Shown: piece after piece, positions 12,731-28,050 of the stretch | Layout: each line of letters opens with the position of its first letter | Position numbering within the stretch: the first letter of the stretch is position 1 | Assembly (NCBI GenBank): GCA_964016885.1 | Contig: OZ024746.1 | Location: 39,680,001 to 39,744,000 of the forward strand | DNA length: 64,000 nucleotides | Direction: 5' to 3' | Source of the DNA: Eledone cirrhosa | Taxonomy: Eukaryota | Notes under the pieces: generated by a model | Seen by the model: only the letters and a program-made list of their open reading frames with translations | Told to the model about the DNA's origin: nothing | Database searches by the model: none | Translations under genes and position numbers: made by a program

Positions 12731-13149
12731 GGGGTGGATAATGGGTACTGATTTTGTACATTCTATGCTTCGAACGACAACTGTTAGTCGTTTAAAACGA
12801 AAGATGTACAGGGATTTATGTATCTTTACATTTAGGAATATTTTGTAAATACAACAGTTTACTTCCTCTTATTTGTGAGTAATATTGTATAGATTTCTAC
12901 TTCTTCCGTTCTCTGTAACTGTTTGTAGAGTCATCGTACTAAAGTTAATGTTAAGAACAATAGAAAATGTTCAATTAACATTTACAAAAACTACGCAAAT
13001 TAGTAACATAAAGAAAATCTGTTAACTTGAGATTTTATTATCACACTTCTTTAAATATCACTGATACTATATTATAATGTCTAATTATTTAGGCATACAG
13101 CGAAAGATGATCTTTTTTCAAGCCATGTCCTATCTTCATCTTTCCACCT

Positions 13150-13365
13150 CGTGTACAGGTTCCTCGAAACATTACTCGATAGAGTGCGTAACTCGGAGAA
13201 CAGAGAGTCACTCCAGGTAGAGCCGCTACTTCTCCGAATTGAGAGATCACATAGCTCTGATATTATGGGCATATGGTTAGAATGTCTCGGGATAGAGTCG
13301 CTGGATACATTTTACGGGCAAAATCAGGGGTAGACCCCGAGCAAGATGGTTAGATAACATCCATG
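13150..13365 (+). mobile_element. RTE-clade LINE 3' ORF fragment (frameshifted)
   Basis: The translation LDRVRNSENRESLQVEPLLLRIERS, continuing in shifted frames to GHMVRM...RWLDNI, resembles the post-RT C-terminus of RTE elements. Confidence 0.65.
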
Positions 13366-14588
13366 AGCTTGGCTGGTCTCACTCATCATTCATCCTTTCT
13401 GCATATTAGGTGCAGGCATAGCTGTGTAGCTGAAGAATTCGTTTTATTAACATCTGTTTCTTGGTTTCACCCAATTACGAGAAACTATGGGAAAATGCTT
13501 ATTTCTACAGATTCTAGTTGACCAAATTTGTTAGAAATAATGCCGAAGCCTTGTCGTCTGGAGGAGCGTCTTTCTCCGATTTTTAACGGCGTAAGTCTTA
13601 AGCTAGAAAATCGCAAAGGCTGTGCTTTAGAAAGGAAGTCCCTTGAATCCATATGTATTAGGCCTTATCACACTCGCCAACAACAATACAGTTCATAAAT
13701 TGATTGGCTCGTTGGAAACAGGTCAGCATAGACATTATTAGAATTAATAAATAATTAAGTATGTTGATTACAGGGAGGATTTATGTTTACACCTGTTAGC
13801 TATTTGTTGCTAGGTGGAATGAACTGGTTTGGGTTATGTCTTGATTATATACATAATGTAGTAGTGGTGGGGGTATATCAATTATCGCTTCCTCGTTGTT
13901 TAGTTAGACATATCGATTTTCAATATTGACAAAAGACAATGTATTTGGGGGGGGGGGTTAATTATATGTTAATTATATCCTCTTCAGTACTTGATTGATG
14001 CCTTATTTTATCGAATTCAGACGGATGAAAAGAAAGGTAAGTCGACACCGTTGTGATTTGATCTCAGACCTCACTCGCTTACCAAGTGGGGTGGACCTCG
14101 TCAAATCGGACCAAGGAAACAACGTTTCCTTTGGTCTTTCCATTGATAATACTATCTATCGGTCGCAACTCCTGGATAGAAAGAGCAGCGTGGAATAAAG
14201 TGTCTTGCTCAAGGACACAACCTCACGATTGCGAATCCAACTCTCTAACCATGCACATACACAATACATAAAGAGCCGTAACTAAAGATATTTTGTCCAA
14301 CGCTACATTCTTTTTAACAATCTACCGCTATAGCCAGACATTGATTCCTACAGATTGCATTTTTTTACTGTATTTATTTCTAATAAAATATAATTGGTAT
14401 GGTATTATATAATGCAGATTGCTAAAATTGTTGTTCAATTTCCTATCGTCTTCGACAGCAATATAGCAATATACTGGAGCTTATTTTCGCCATGATAAAG
14501 GACGGAAGGAAAGGCCACCTTTTGGTTATGAATTTACTTCATCGACGCACAAGCTTGGGCAGGATATCTTGCTAAGATTAGCAGTCAC

Positions 14589-14984
14589 CAGACCTGTCAA
14601 CTCACCCCGTCGGATGGGGAGATCTCCCATTTACTTTGGAGTGGGTGAGAGACGTCTTCTCTTGTGAAAATGGGTTTAGCTTTCATTATGTAAAATCTCC
14701 CCGGTGGATTGGCAGTATCGGTAGAGAGTCGGACACCATGCTTTGAAGCATAGAGTTACGTCCCTTTATGATCTGAGTTCAAATCCCGCCGAGGATAACT
14801 TTGCCTTTCATCCTTACGGGGTCAATAAAATAAAGTACCAGTAATGTACTGGGTAATTGCTGGCCTTGTGCCTAAAATAGAAACAATTATGTAAAATCTC
14901 CCCATTTTGCCTCATTTCCTCCAGTTTTGGAGCACTTTTTTTCATGGTACTCATCGTTTGGATTTTTAGAGGTTGGCAGGTCTG
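14589..14984. mobile_element. Non-autonomous hAT-type DNA transposon
   Basis: TIRs CAGACCTGTCAAC / GTTGGCAGGTCTG with a perfect 8-bp TSD GCAGTCAC (14581-14588, 14985-14992). Confidence 0.85.
14703..14885 (+). mobile_element. SINE (Nin/Deu-like family) nested in the hAT element
   Basis: A near-full SINE flanked by the 18-bp TSD ATTATGTAAAATCTCCCC (14685-14702, 14886-14903). Confidence 0.9.
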
Positions 14985-15728
14985 GCAGTCACCGATGCAT
15001 GCAAGTATCCCTTCTCCATGACATCGACGTTGCCCAAAGGAAAGGCTTACAACTTGGCGGTAAAGTGAATCAACGTAAAAATATATTGTCTTGCTCGAGG
15101 AAACACTACGGCGCCCAGTTCAGGAATTGAAGTCCGAACTATACGATCGTGAGATCAGCATCTTACTATGAAATGACGACATGATAAAATACCTGTAATA
15201 TAACATTTCTTTTTTTAAGGTCTATGGCATCGACTGTACATCTCTCTCCTTTATAAAATTTGGCTTTGAGCCTGGACGAATGAAATCAATAACATAAAAT
15301 AAGCATGGAGCGGTTGTAGGAAATTCGGGCAACAATAATTTGGCAAGAAACTAAATTTCCAAGACTAAGACAATAACAAAAATGCAATTATCGATAATAT
15401 AACCAATTGGCATTTTGATTGAAGATATACTAAAGCAAATATTTATATAAGTATTTACCGAAGAAAAATATATCTGTAATTAGATTTTCTGGGATTCTTT
15501 ATTATGTTGTGTAATATTTGCCAATAGATTTACTGAAACAAATATATCATTCAATGCAAACATGTCTGTTAATGTATGTATGTATATATGTATATATGTA
15601 TATACTGTGTATGTATGTATATATATATATATATATATATGTGAGTGTGTGTGTGTGTAAATATATAGATATATGAATATATATTTATTTATTTTTTTTT
15701 TTTTTTTCATATATATATATATATATAT

Positions 15729-16158
<430 letters not shown>

Positions 16159-16164
16159 CCGGTT

Positions 16165-16295
16165 AGTTTTGCCCGTAAATACTTTCCTGAGACATTATAA
16201 CCACATGTCTGTAGTATCAGAGCTGTAATCTCTCAATTCGGAGAAGTAGTGACTCTACTTGGAGTAACTCTCTGATATCCGAGCTACGTACTCTA
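16165..16295 (-). mobile_element. RTE-clade LINE fragment
   Basis: The reverse complement aligns to 13178-13325. Confidence 0.65.
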
Positions 16296-16419
16296 GTGGG
16301 TAACTTACTCTGGGGTCGATTTAAACGACTTTCCTCCTCCCCTTTAAATTATATCAAAAGTAGAAAGAATTATTATTTGTTTATTGGTATATATACAAAT
16401 GTGTATGTATGTGTATATA

Positions 16420-16572
<153 letters not shown>

Positions 16573-18647
16573 ACACACTTCCAAACTTGTAGATATTTAT
16601 ACATGCATATTTCCTTCCCGCTTTTGACCTTAGTCTTGCGTATTTGGGGCCGTTGACATCTCTAACTTGCAATGTATTTTTTTATCATATATTTGTGTCA
16701 CGTTCTTGCACTTTAAAATTGTGTGTTTACTTTATGGGGCGCCGATTTGGTAAAGTCGGTGAAACATCGGTATGTGTTTCAACTCTACCTTCCGACGCTC
16801 TACGCTCTGTGTTCAAATCCTACCACAGTCAACTTTGTATTTCATTATTTCAAGGTTGATAATTAAAGTATCAATCCAGCAGTGGGGTCGATATGTATGT
16901 CTCCCTTCTCTTTCTCCTGAAATAAATTGACTGTGTTTTGCCTTGCAGTGGCATGAACTTCTTTAAGCTTAATTGCCCAAAATATATCATATATTACGAT
17001 GGTGCCACTTTGGTTCCATCAGAGGTTCAGGGTATTTACAAATAGTATGATTTCAACAGTTGGCACAAACAAATTCAAAGACTCAGTCTTCGGTGATATC
17101 TGAGTGCTTTTAAGGAATTAATTTCATAGTGCTATTACCATAGCGAAATTCTAGATTCACAGAATTTGGTGTATAGATTCGGTTTGAATCATTGAGATAT
17201 CACATTTTTTTAACATTCCTGGTTACAGGAGGTTCTCCTCCTTCTCCTCCTTCTCCTCCTCACCCTTCGTCCCATCATCATCATCATCATCATCATCATC
17301 GTCATCATCATAGTTAATGCTTTTATTGACAAAAATACTACAAACAGCAACAATTAACAACGAAGCAATCATTACTTTCATGCATAAATAAATAATTAAA
17401 TCTGTTGCTTACAGGTAAGACTTATGCTTACACCTGCTAGCTATTTTCTGCTAGATACAATGAACTGGTGTGATTTACGTGTCTTGGTCATATACATAAT
17501 GTATTAGTGGTGGTGGTGGTACACCAACCATCATTTCCGCAGCCGTTTGTCAGATATATTGATTTTGAGGGTGGTGTATACTGAATTAAACCTATTCCAG
17601 TACTCGATTGGTGCTTCATTTTATCGAATTCAGAACAATGAAAGGCAAAGTCGAAATTGTTGGCATTTTAATTCAGAACATACAGCCGTATTTAAAGTTG
17701 TTGTTTTTTTTTTTCTTTTGTTCAACGCTCTAGTGTTTCTGACAAGCTATTATTATGGCCAGATATTGATTCGACCAACTTCAATATTGGGGGAAAGGAA
17801 AATCGATTATATCAAACCCAGTATATGACTGGTACTTTATTTTATCGACGGCAGAAAGATGAAAGGCAAAGTTGGCCTCGGCCGGAGTTAAAACCAGAAT
17901 GTAGAGAGCCGAAACGAAATACTGAAATATATTTCACCCGACATACTGCCGATTCTACCAATCCTCTGCTCTTTTGTATTATAATTAAATTAAATATAAT
18001 TATCAACGATATAATCACTACAGTCAAGCATAGTGACCTTCAAAATTAGAAACAACTTCAATCTTATTGATTTGCCACTTCGCATATAGTCAATTATTTG
18101 AAACCGAAATACTTATTTCATCAGAAAATATTCATTCCTTTGAAGTTGTACGATTTCAGATTGTTCATTAGAAGATAAACAAATTGTAATTATGTTAGTT
18201 TAGAAGTTTAGAAGTAGAATATATTTACACTAATTGTGTAGTTGTTTTAAAACAATAACAAAAATGCTCAAAAGAAAACATCACTTGTGTGCCCTTGAAT
18301 TTGATAGAAAGATATTGAAATCTGAACTTTGAGGTTTGACTCTTTCTCCCCATTTAAATCAATAATATCTAGTATTATATCAACATATCAACATACTCTG
18401 ATGTTTGATAACAAGAAAGGAACAGTAATCTTAGTTACTTCCTCTTCTTGTGATGATTTATTTTGATGCCATATAACATACCAAATTATCTTCTTATTTA
18501 CCAATGATATACAATACACACACACATATTGTATATATATATATATATATTGTAAGAGCAGATTAAAGTTTAAGCAAAGAATCGCTATTTTCACCCTTAA
18601 CGGGGTCTTCTGAAAGTGTAATCGTGTTAGTTTAGAGGTTTATATAT

Positions 18648-18683
<36 letters not shown>

Positions 18684-20367
18684 AGAGTAAAAAATATATA
18701 CACCTTGCGTGCAATATTTATTAGAATGCTGTATATAGTTTTTCAACTGAGAAGGCCAGAAAGTGTTACAGAAACACAACGAAAAGTCATATGTTGCCAC
18801 TATCAGAGCATATGGGAATTAAGTACATGAATAACAATATTGAGTAATGTGTCCTGCAAGTGTTATCTGAGTCCTGAAAGAATTTAGTCTAGGATATTAA
18901 TTACCTTCATCACAAGTGTCGTGTATTATAGTTATGAAAGTTGCTAAAGGTTGTATTGTACCAGTTTCTACTTGCATTATACAAGATATTATGTAACTTT
19001 GATATCAACATTACGTGAATTGTTTACCGTTAATTTATCAGTTCCATATCGATCTAAAGTACTTTCATAATTACACACACACATACGCACATACACATAT
19101 ATACACATATACTAGCACGCACACATATATACCACGGATTGCGATACGTTCTACTAAAATGGCTTGTAAAGATTTATACAAATAAATAGAACTGATAAAT
19201 TGTTTTAAGAGATTTTAGTTTCTATTTAATTAGTCGAAACTAAAACTACCAAAAAATAGGATTTAAACAATTTACTTCTTTAAGGAATCCTAGAGTTTAC
19301 CGCTATTAACCTGACATTTCTGCAGCTATTTTTAAGTTGTTTAAAAAATCCAATTCAGCTGACAGGTGGGAGCTATAATCTCTTAAAAGCTATATGTGCG
19401 GTCAATTACAACTAAACCCCTTAACTTTGGTTCATTGATTCATTAATACACAGTGATCTTTATTTTACTATATTTTACAACTTGTTTGTTGGGAAAATAA
19501 TAGCAATCTACATATATCATTTTTTTTTCTAAATTAAAGTATGTCACTTTTTTCTGAAATTTCACTATACAATGAAAAAGATCGCATTTGTATTATAAGT
19601 AATAAATTCAAACTGAAATATTATTATTGTTTCATGACATGTATCAGATTGCCCATTACAGCATTTAACATGCTAGAGATTTGTGCTAACGACTGAAATA
19701 ATTACCAGGAAAGGGTTAAAGCATTCAGAATTTCATAACTTCAGTCGCATTTGACTAAAAGCAAAATGAAACGTTGTGAAAGGATAGAGGTCGCGAAAAA
19801 AAAAATACTTCAATGGTGCAGGGGTTAAGTGGGTATCAATTTTAGATGCTTAAGGAGTCCCTAATAAAAGAAATCAGTTGAAAGTAGCAAAAACACTTAA
19901 GTGAAGTTGAAAGACGCCGCTAAGTACCAACACGATTTACACTGGAAGATGTTTACTAAAACATGTTAAGTGGTAAGGCTAATCTATTTGGTTGAATGGA
20001 TGACCAACTCATTATTTTTCTTTTCAAACCGTTTATATGTTGTGAATTTGACCATCTAGATTCTGGTTAACAAGGTTAACTCATTAAATAAAACAACAGA
20101 GGACTAACTAAGGACACTAAATATAGATGAATAGGTTCAACAAGGAACAAACTGCAACAGCACTACGCTGTGGGAATGAAAATATATAGTGTCTTTTAAA
20201 GTTATATATGATGATTTTATTAAAAGTTCTAGATGCCACAAGAAAATAAATGAGCAAAGATTAAAGGGATGACACATTGAAAGAAACTAAATTATAAAAT
20301 TCCGAGTCTAAAAATACTCCAATTCATGTGCTTAAATTAGAAACCAAAGATCGAACAAAATGCAGCG

Positions 20368-20499
20368 TAGCATTTAGTTAGGGCCCTTATAGCATTTAGT
20401 TAGGGGTCTTATAGTATTTAGTTAGGGTTCTTATAGCATTTAGTTAGGGCCCTTATAGCATTTAGTTAGGGCTCTTATAGAATTTAGTTAGGGCTCTTA
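20368..20499 (+). repeat. 22-bp minisatellite, 6 copies, inside a SINE
   Basis: Unit TAGCATTTAGTTAGGGCCCTTA with variants, followed by the SINE B-box. Confidence 0.9.
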
Positions 20500-20653
20500 A
20501 ATGTTCTGAATTCAAATCCCGCTGAGGTCAACTTAGCCTGAGGTCAACTTCCTTCTGGAATCGACAAAATAAAGTACCAGTAAAGTACTAGGTACAATAT
20601 AAGCGACTTTCCCCTCCCCACAAACATTGTGCTAACCTTGTGCCTAAATTAGA

Positions 20654-20847
20654 GGGCGGTGGATTGGCAGTATTGGTAGAGGGTCGGACGCCATGCTTTG
20701 CAGCAAAGAGTTACGGCCCTTTCCATTCTGAGTTCAAATCCCGCCGAGGTTAACTTTGCCTTTCATCCTTACGGGGTCGATAAAATAAAGTACCAGTAAT
20801 ACACTGGGATAATTGCTGGCCTTGTGCCAAAAGTAGAAACAATTATT
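20654..20847 (+). mobile_element. Full-length SINE (Nin/Deu-like family)
   Basis: GGGCGGTGGATTGGCAG...AGAAACAATTATT, directly behind an older SINE. Confidence 0.9.
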
Positions 20848-21803
20848 AGACGATCCTATTGATGATGATGATGATGATGATGAAGACCATCATCATGATG
20901 ATAATGATGATGGGGTAGAGGAGAAGAAAAATGGGGACGGGGAGATTTCTTAGCAATGAAACCTAAAAGATATGAGGGAATATGGTGTGTTCGTGACCTA
21001 CGTGACACCGCTTTAGTTATTATATACAGGAAGAAATATTTCTTCATCGAAATATTTTTCGAGCATAATGTGCTTGGCGCCTATTAAGAATACTTATATA
21101 ACTTTACAAGAGATCAATTTAGTTGTAGCAGCATAGACTTGTCTTAAATGAAACTGCATTGGGTCTACTTAGTCAACATTGCTCTTTGTAATCTGGCGTT
21201 GTATGTTTTTTTGGCTTCATGACTCTGTACTTTCAATGAAATTCGGTTTGCATACAGCCGCCTACCTATGTTTATGTTTGTAGTATAAAGATGGTGTCAG
21301 AATAATAAGATGATTGAGTGTAGTCATCAGGGAATAAAAATCATCCTGCTATTCTTTTATGATTATCATATAAGTTTTGTCGCGTTAAAACCCTTTACGG
21401 CGACAAACAGTACATGGTAATCATATAGCACCCAATGGCACGTTAACCTACAAACATATGAAAATACAGTGCTGGGTATAAAAAAAATGGGTTGATTATA
21501 TTTGATTAATGTACTCAATGAACCAGTTATGTGAGAGAATCGGATGGAAACATTTGAGTTTCCACTTGACATTATAGTCAAGGTTTACAAGTGCATATAT
21601 ATATATGTGTGTGTGTGTGTATGTATATATATATATATGAGAGATAGAGAAGAGGTGCATGCAGATATACCCACCTACAGACATATATATATATAAATAC
21701 AGTGAGTAACCGTGACTACACCAATGTGTATAAATATATACATATAATCTAATGTGTATGTATATAAACAGTAAACATGTCAGAAAATACGAATTTCTCT
21801 GTA

Positions 21804-21863
<60 letters not shown>

Positions 21864-22718
21864 AGCATACACACATGATACACACAGTTGTAGGGGAAGA
21901 TAACAGTCGGTTGACTGGTATTAAATTTTGATACTGTAACACCAAAATATGAAATTTATCTCAGTAAAATTCGAACGCACAAAAGGAACGTTAGTATATA
22001 CCGTAAAGGAAGAATATTTCTTAACACTCTACTGTGTCTGCCATTGATATTCCTTCTTTAAAAGTCTAAGTTATCTGAGAAAATTATTTGTAAAATCAAC
22101 AAACAAACATTCCTCTAATCAAAATATTTGGTAATTAAAGATTCTCGAGAATCGTTTGAAAATAAACTACGAATATTTTAGAGTCGTGTCTGTCTATTCC
22201 AGATGATTTATTCGCTTAGTAAAATGTATGGCTATCGCATAACTACATTTACATTTACTATTTCATGGGACAAACGGAACTAGAAGTTAAATGTTGACGA
22301 AAAGTATGTCATGTCAACATGATAGACAAGTGGAAATGTTTTATATTGGCAGAAACAGTCATAGATATACCGAAAAGAGATAAAAAGAGAGAGAGTTTAA
22401 AGCAACATATATTAAATGTAATTGTTTCAAGATTTTTTTCCTAGGAGCCTACCTAAATACGCATCTGGAAACTCGGTTATTCACCAGCTTCCAACTTAAA
22501 GATAGCACCACACCAATTTATTAACGTTCTCCTTTCTTATTTCATATATGTTGTTGAAAGGATATTTGATCCCTTTGTTACCATTAAAGGGATTAGGTGA
22601 GTTTACAGATGTTGTAGATTTCGTTATTTCGTTATTTATGCTTTTTTACATACTCGGACACACACAACCAAACACACACACACACACGCACGCACGCACA
22701 CATACACACACACACACA

Positions 22719-25130
<2,412 letters not shown>

Positions 25131-25276
25131 TTTTGAGTTTATGTTGGTTGTATACCAACACCTCAGTATGCAGGCTGGAGCACTCGACGAAGTGCGCAGG
25201 TTGGTTTGGTTACTCCGGAGTAGTGTAAAATAAAGTTAAATAAAAGTCAAATGATTAAAATTTAGCTTCGTTTATT

Positions 25277-25331
25277 ACTGCTATATATATTTCAGTGACA
25301 GCCATCTTTGGCTGTGACCTCTTCAGGCAGT
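25277..25331 (-). ncRNA. Type I hammerhead ribozyme (mirror copy)
   Basis: Exact reverse complement of 25527-25581. Confidence 0.88.
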
Positions 25332-25526
25332 TTGAATTAGTATGGTATAGACAAGTACATATGTTGTTTAGGTGTATGATATTGTCAATACTCTGATATG
25401 CCCAGTTCCTTGCTGGGTTGTTTCCCCAGTGAATTAACAACCCAGCAAGAAACTGGGCATATCAGAGTATTGACAATATCATACACCTAAACAACATATG
25501 TACTTGTCTATACCATACTAATTCAA

Positions 25527-25581
25527 ACTGCCTGAAGAGGTCACAGCCAAAGATGGCTGTCACTGAAATATATATAGCAGT
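25527..25581 (+). ncRNA. Type I minimal hammerhead ribozyme
   Basis: ACTGC-CTGAAGA-GGTCACAGCCA-AAGA-TGGCTGTCACT-GAAA-TATATA-TA-GCAGT. Predicted cleavage after 25576. Confidence 0.9.
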
Positions 25582-25659
25582 AATAAACGAAGCTAAATTT
25601 TAATCATTTGACTTTTATTTAACTTTATTTTATATATACATATATATATATACATATAC

Positions 25660-25723
<64 letters not shown>

Positions 25724-25724
<1 letters not shown>

Positions 25725-26092
25725 CAAAGGAATTGTGGTAAGGAACCAGATGGACCATAACGCACCAGAGTACTCAATACTTAGGGTAGTAGAGTGGGAA
25801 ATAGGAAAAAGTATGACCCCGACGGCAGAGCTCAAGCCGTTTCGACGGCTATTTCTGGACTAAATTAGAATTTTTAGCCTGGTGAATAAATAGCTGAACT
25901 TGTCAAGGGGGTACTTCCTTATATGGGCAGATCGTAGTTGTCAAGAGGATTGGTTGACAACTACAATCTCCCCATATAAGGAAGTACCCCCTTGACAAGT
26001 TCAGCTATTTATTCATAAGGCTAAAAATTCTAATTTAGTCCAGAAATAGCCGTCGAAACGGCTTGAGCTCTGCCGTCGGGGTCATACTTTTT

Positions 26093-26097
<5 letters not shown>
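25724..26097. mobile_element. Fold-back HHR element (family E copy 1)
   Basis: Palindrome 25801-26097 (loop 25945-25953, a few mismatches) with a tail at 25724-25800 on the left arm only, and (TA)n flanks. Confidence 0.9.
25986..26082 (+). ncRNA. Hammerhead ribozyme with variant U3-A8 core (mirror copy at 25816-25912, minus strand)
   Basis: CCCC-TTGACAA-[G..GCTATTT...AAATAGC..C]-GAAA-CGGC-TTGAGCTCT-GCCG-TC-GGGG. Predicted cleavage after GUC at 26077. Confidence 0.75.
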
Positions 26098-26160
<63 letters not shown>

Positions 26161-26417
26161 GGTTGATTCGATCACCGGAATAGCCTGCCCGTGATATTAT
26201 TGTGCAAGTGGCCGAACATTCCACAGACACGTGTACACTTTACGTAGTTCTCAGGGAGATTCAATGTAACCAAATGTGTAACAACCCTGAATGAACTGGA
26301 ACCCCGCAAAATAAAGTGTTTTGCTCAAGAGCTCATCACACAATTGGAAATCGAACTCATGACCTTACGATCGTGAATCAAATATCCTGACCACACATAG
26401 ACCCATACACACACACA

Positions 26418-26466
<49 letters not shown>

Positions 26467-26772
26467 TCTCGCTCTCTCTCTCTCTCACATACACACACAC
26501 AAGTGCACGCGTACACACACTCATACATATTAAGTTGACGTAACCTACCTCCTCTTGAGAGTGATATTTCGAATCGTATGAAGACATTTCGTTGAGTCCT
26601 GAGACCCATCACTTCACAGATTCTATTTCATCTAGACGTTAAACACACACACACATATATATATATACATATATATATATATGTGTGTGTGTGTGTATAT
26701 ATATATACATATATAAATACATATATAAATACATATATATATATATATACACGCACTCACAGATACACACAC

Positions 26773-26961
<189 letters not shown>

Positions 26962-27479
26962 ATATATATATATATATATATAATATATATATAATATATA
27001 TATATATTATATATATATTATATATATATATATATATATAATATATATATAATATATATATATATTATAATATACTTAGATTTAATCTACCATTATTATA
27101 CCCAAAGCTATACAATATTTCGTTTGAATCTTTCGTGGCTTAGGTTTGTTTGTTTGTTTTTCTTTTGGTGTTCTAATGTATATATTTATATATGAAATTT
27201 GATATGTGTGTGCCCCCATACAAATTACCATACGAATTGTTGATCTTTATAGATACTAGTTTTTAAAAAATCGGGTGAAATGCACTGGAGATGGTAAAAC
27301 GTTAACAGGGGCGTATACATGAATCGAAAACAATATCGGGGTGCCGGGCCTATGTCACTGTTCACAAATTTCAATTTTTATCAGATTAAAGCGATTGATT
27401 TAAGAAGCATTGCGAGCATTTGAAATTTGAAATGCGTACGTGTCAAACAAATGGCTATAATATTAGTTGATCATTATAA

Positions 27480-27790
27480 ATAATTGTTTCTACCTTTGGC
27501 ACAAGGCCAGCAATTACCCAGTACATTACTGGTACTTTATTTTATCGACCTCATAAGGATGAAAGGCAAAGTTAACCTCGACGGGATTTGAACTCAGACC
27601 GTAAAGGGACGTAACTATGCTGGAAAGCATGGCCTCTGACCCTCTACCGATACTGCCAATCCACCGCCCTTGATCATTATAAATAATTGTTTCTACTTTA
27701 GACACAAGGCCAGCATTACTGGTACTTTATTTTATCGATCCCGTAAGGATGAAAGCCAAAGTCAACCTCGGCGGGAATTGAACTCAGATA
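27480..27790 (-). mobile_element. Two tandem SINEs (Nin/Deu-like family)
   Basis: Full copy 27480-27669 with duplicated flank TTGATCATTATAAATAAT, and a partial copy at 27683-27790. Confidence 0.85.
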
Positions 27791-27977
27791 TTATATATAA
27801 TATTTGAGAATAATCAGAGAAAATATTGGACAGGCGTGCCTGCGAGGAATTAGTCTGCTCATTTACTTTGGGACGCTCACATTTCAAATTTTCTGAATAC
27901 TTCAAGGGTCAACCTCGTTTATTACCCTTCTAGGTACAGGCTGAAGATCTTCCAAATAGATGGAATTAGTGGCCAGT

Positions 27978-28050
27978 GGCTCTATAGCGTAGTGGTTAAC
28001 ACTGCCACCTGGCATCCGGGAGATGCTGGGTTGGATTCCTCACACCACTA
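27978..28050 (+). pseudogene. tRNA-like sequence (degenerate; possibly a repeat head)
   Basis: GGCTCTA-TAGCGTAGTGG A-box, CTGGCAT anticodon-like loop and GGTTGGATTCC degenerate B-box. The acceptor stem does not pair. Confidence 0.5.

Larger units (their letters stand above)
25131..25632. mobile_element. Fold-back HHR element (family D)
   Basis: Palindrome 25226-25632 with arms of about 197 bp (one mismatch seen) and a 13-nt loop at 25423-25435. A tail at 25131-25225 is on the left arm only, with (TA)n flanks. Confidence 0.9.

Noticed and set aside
25226-25632. Palindromes as MITEs or sequencing fold-back artefacts
   Set aside because: One-sided tails, embedded HHRs, arm mismatches and recurrence of the same family with different junctions argue against both. 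Raw-read confirmation is still advisable.
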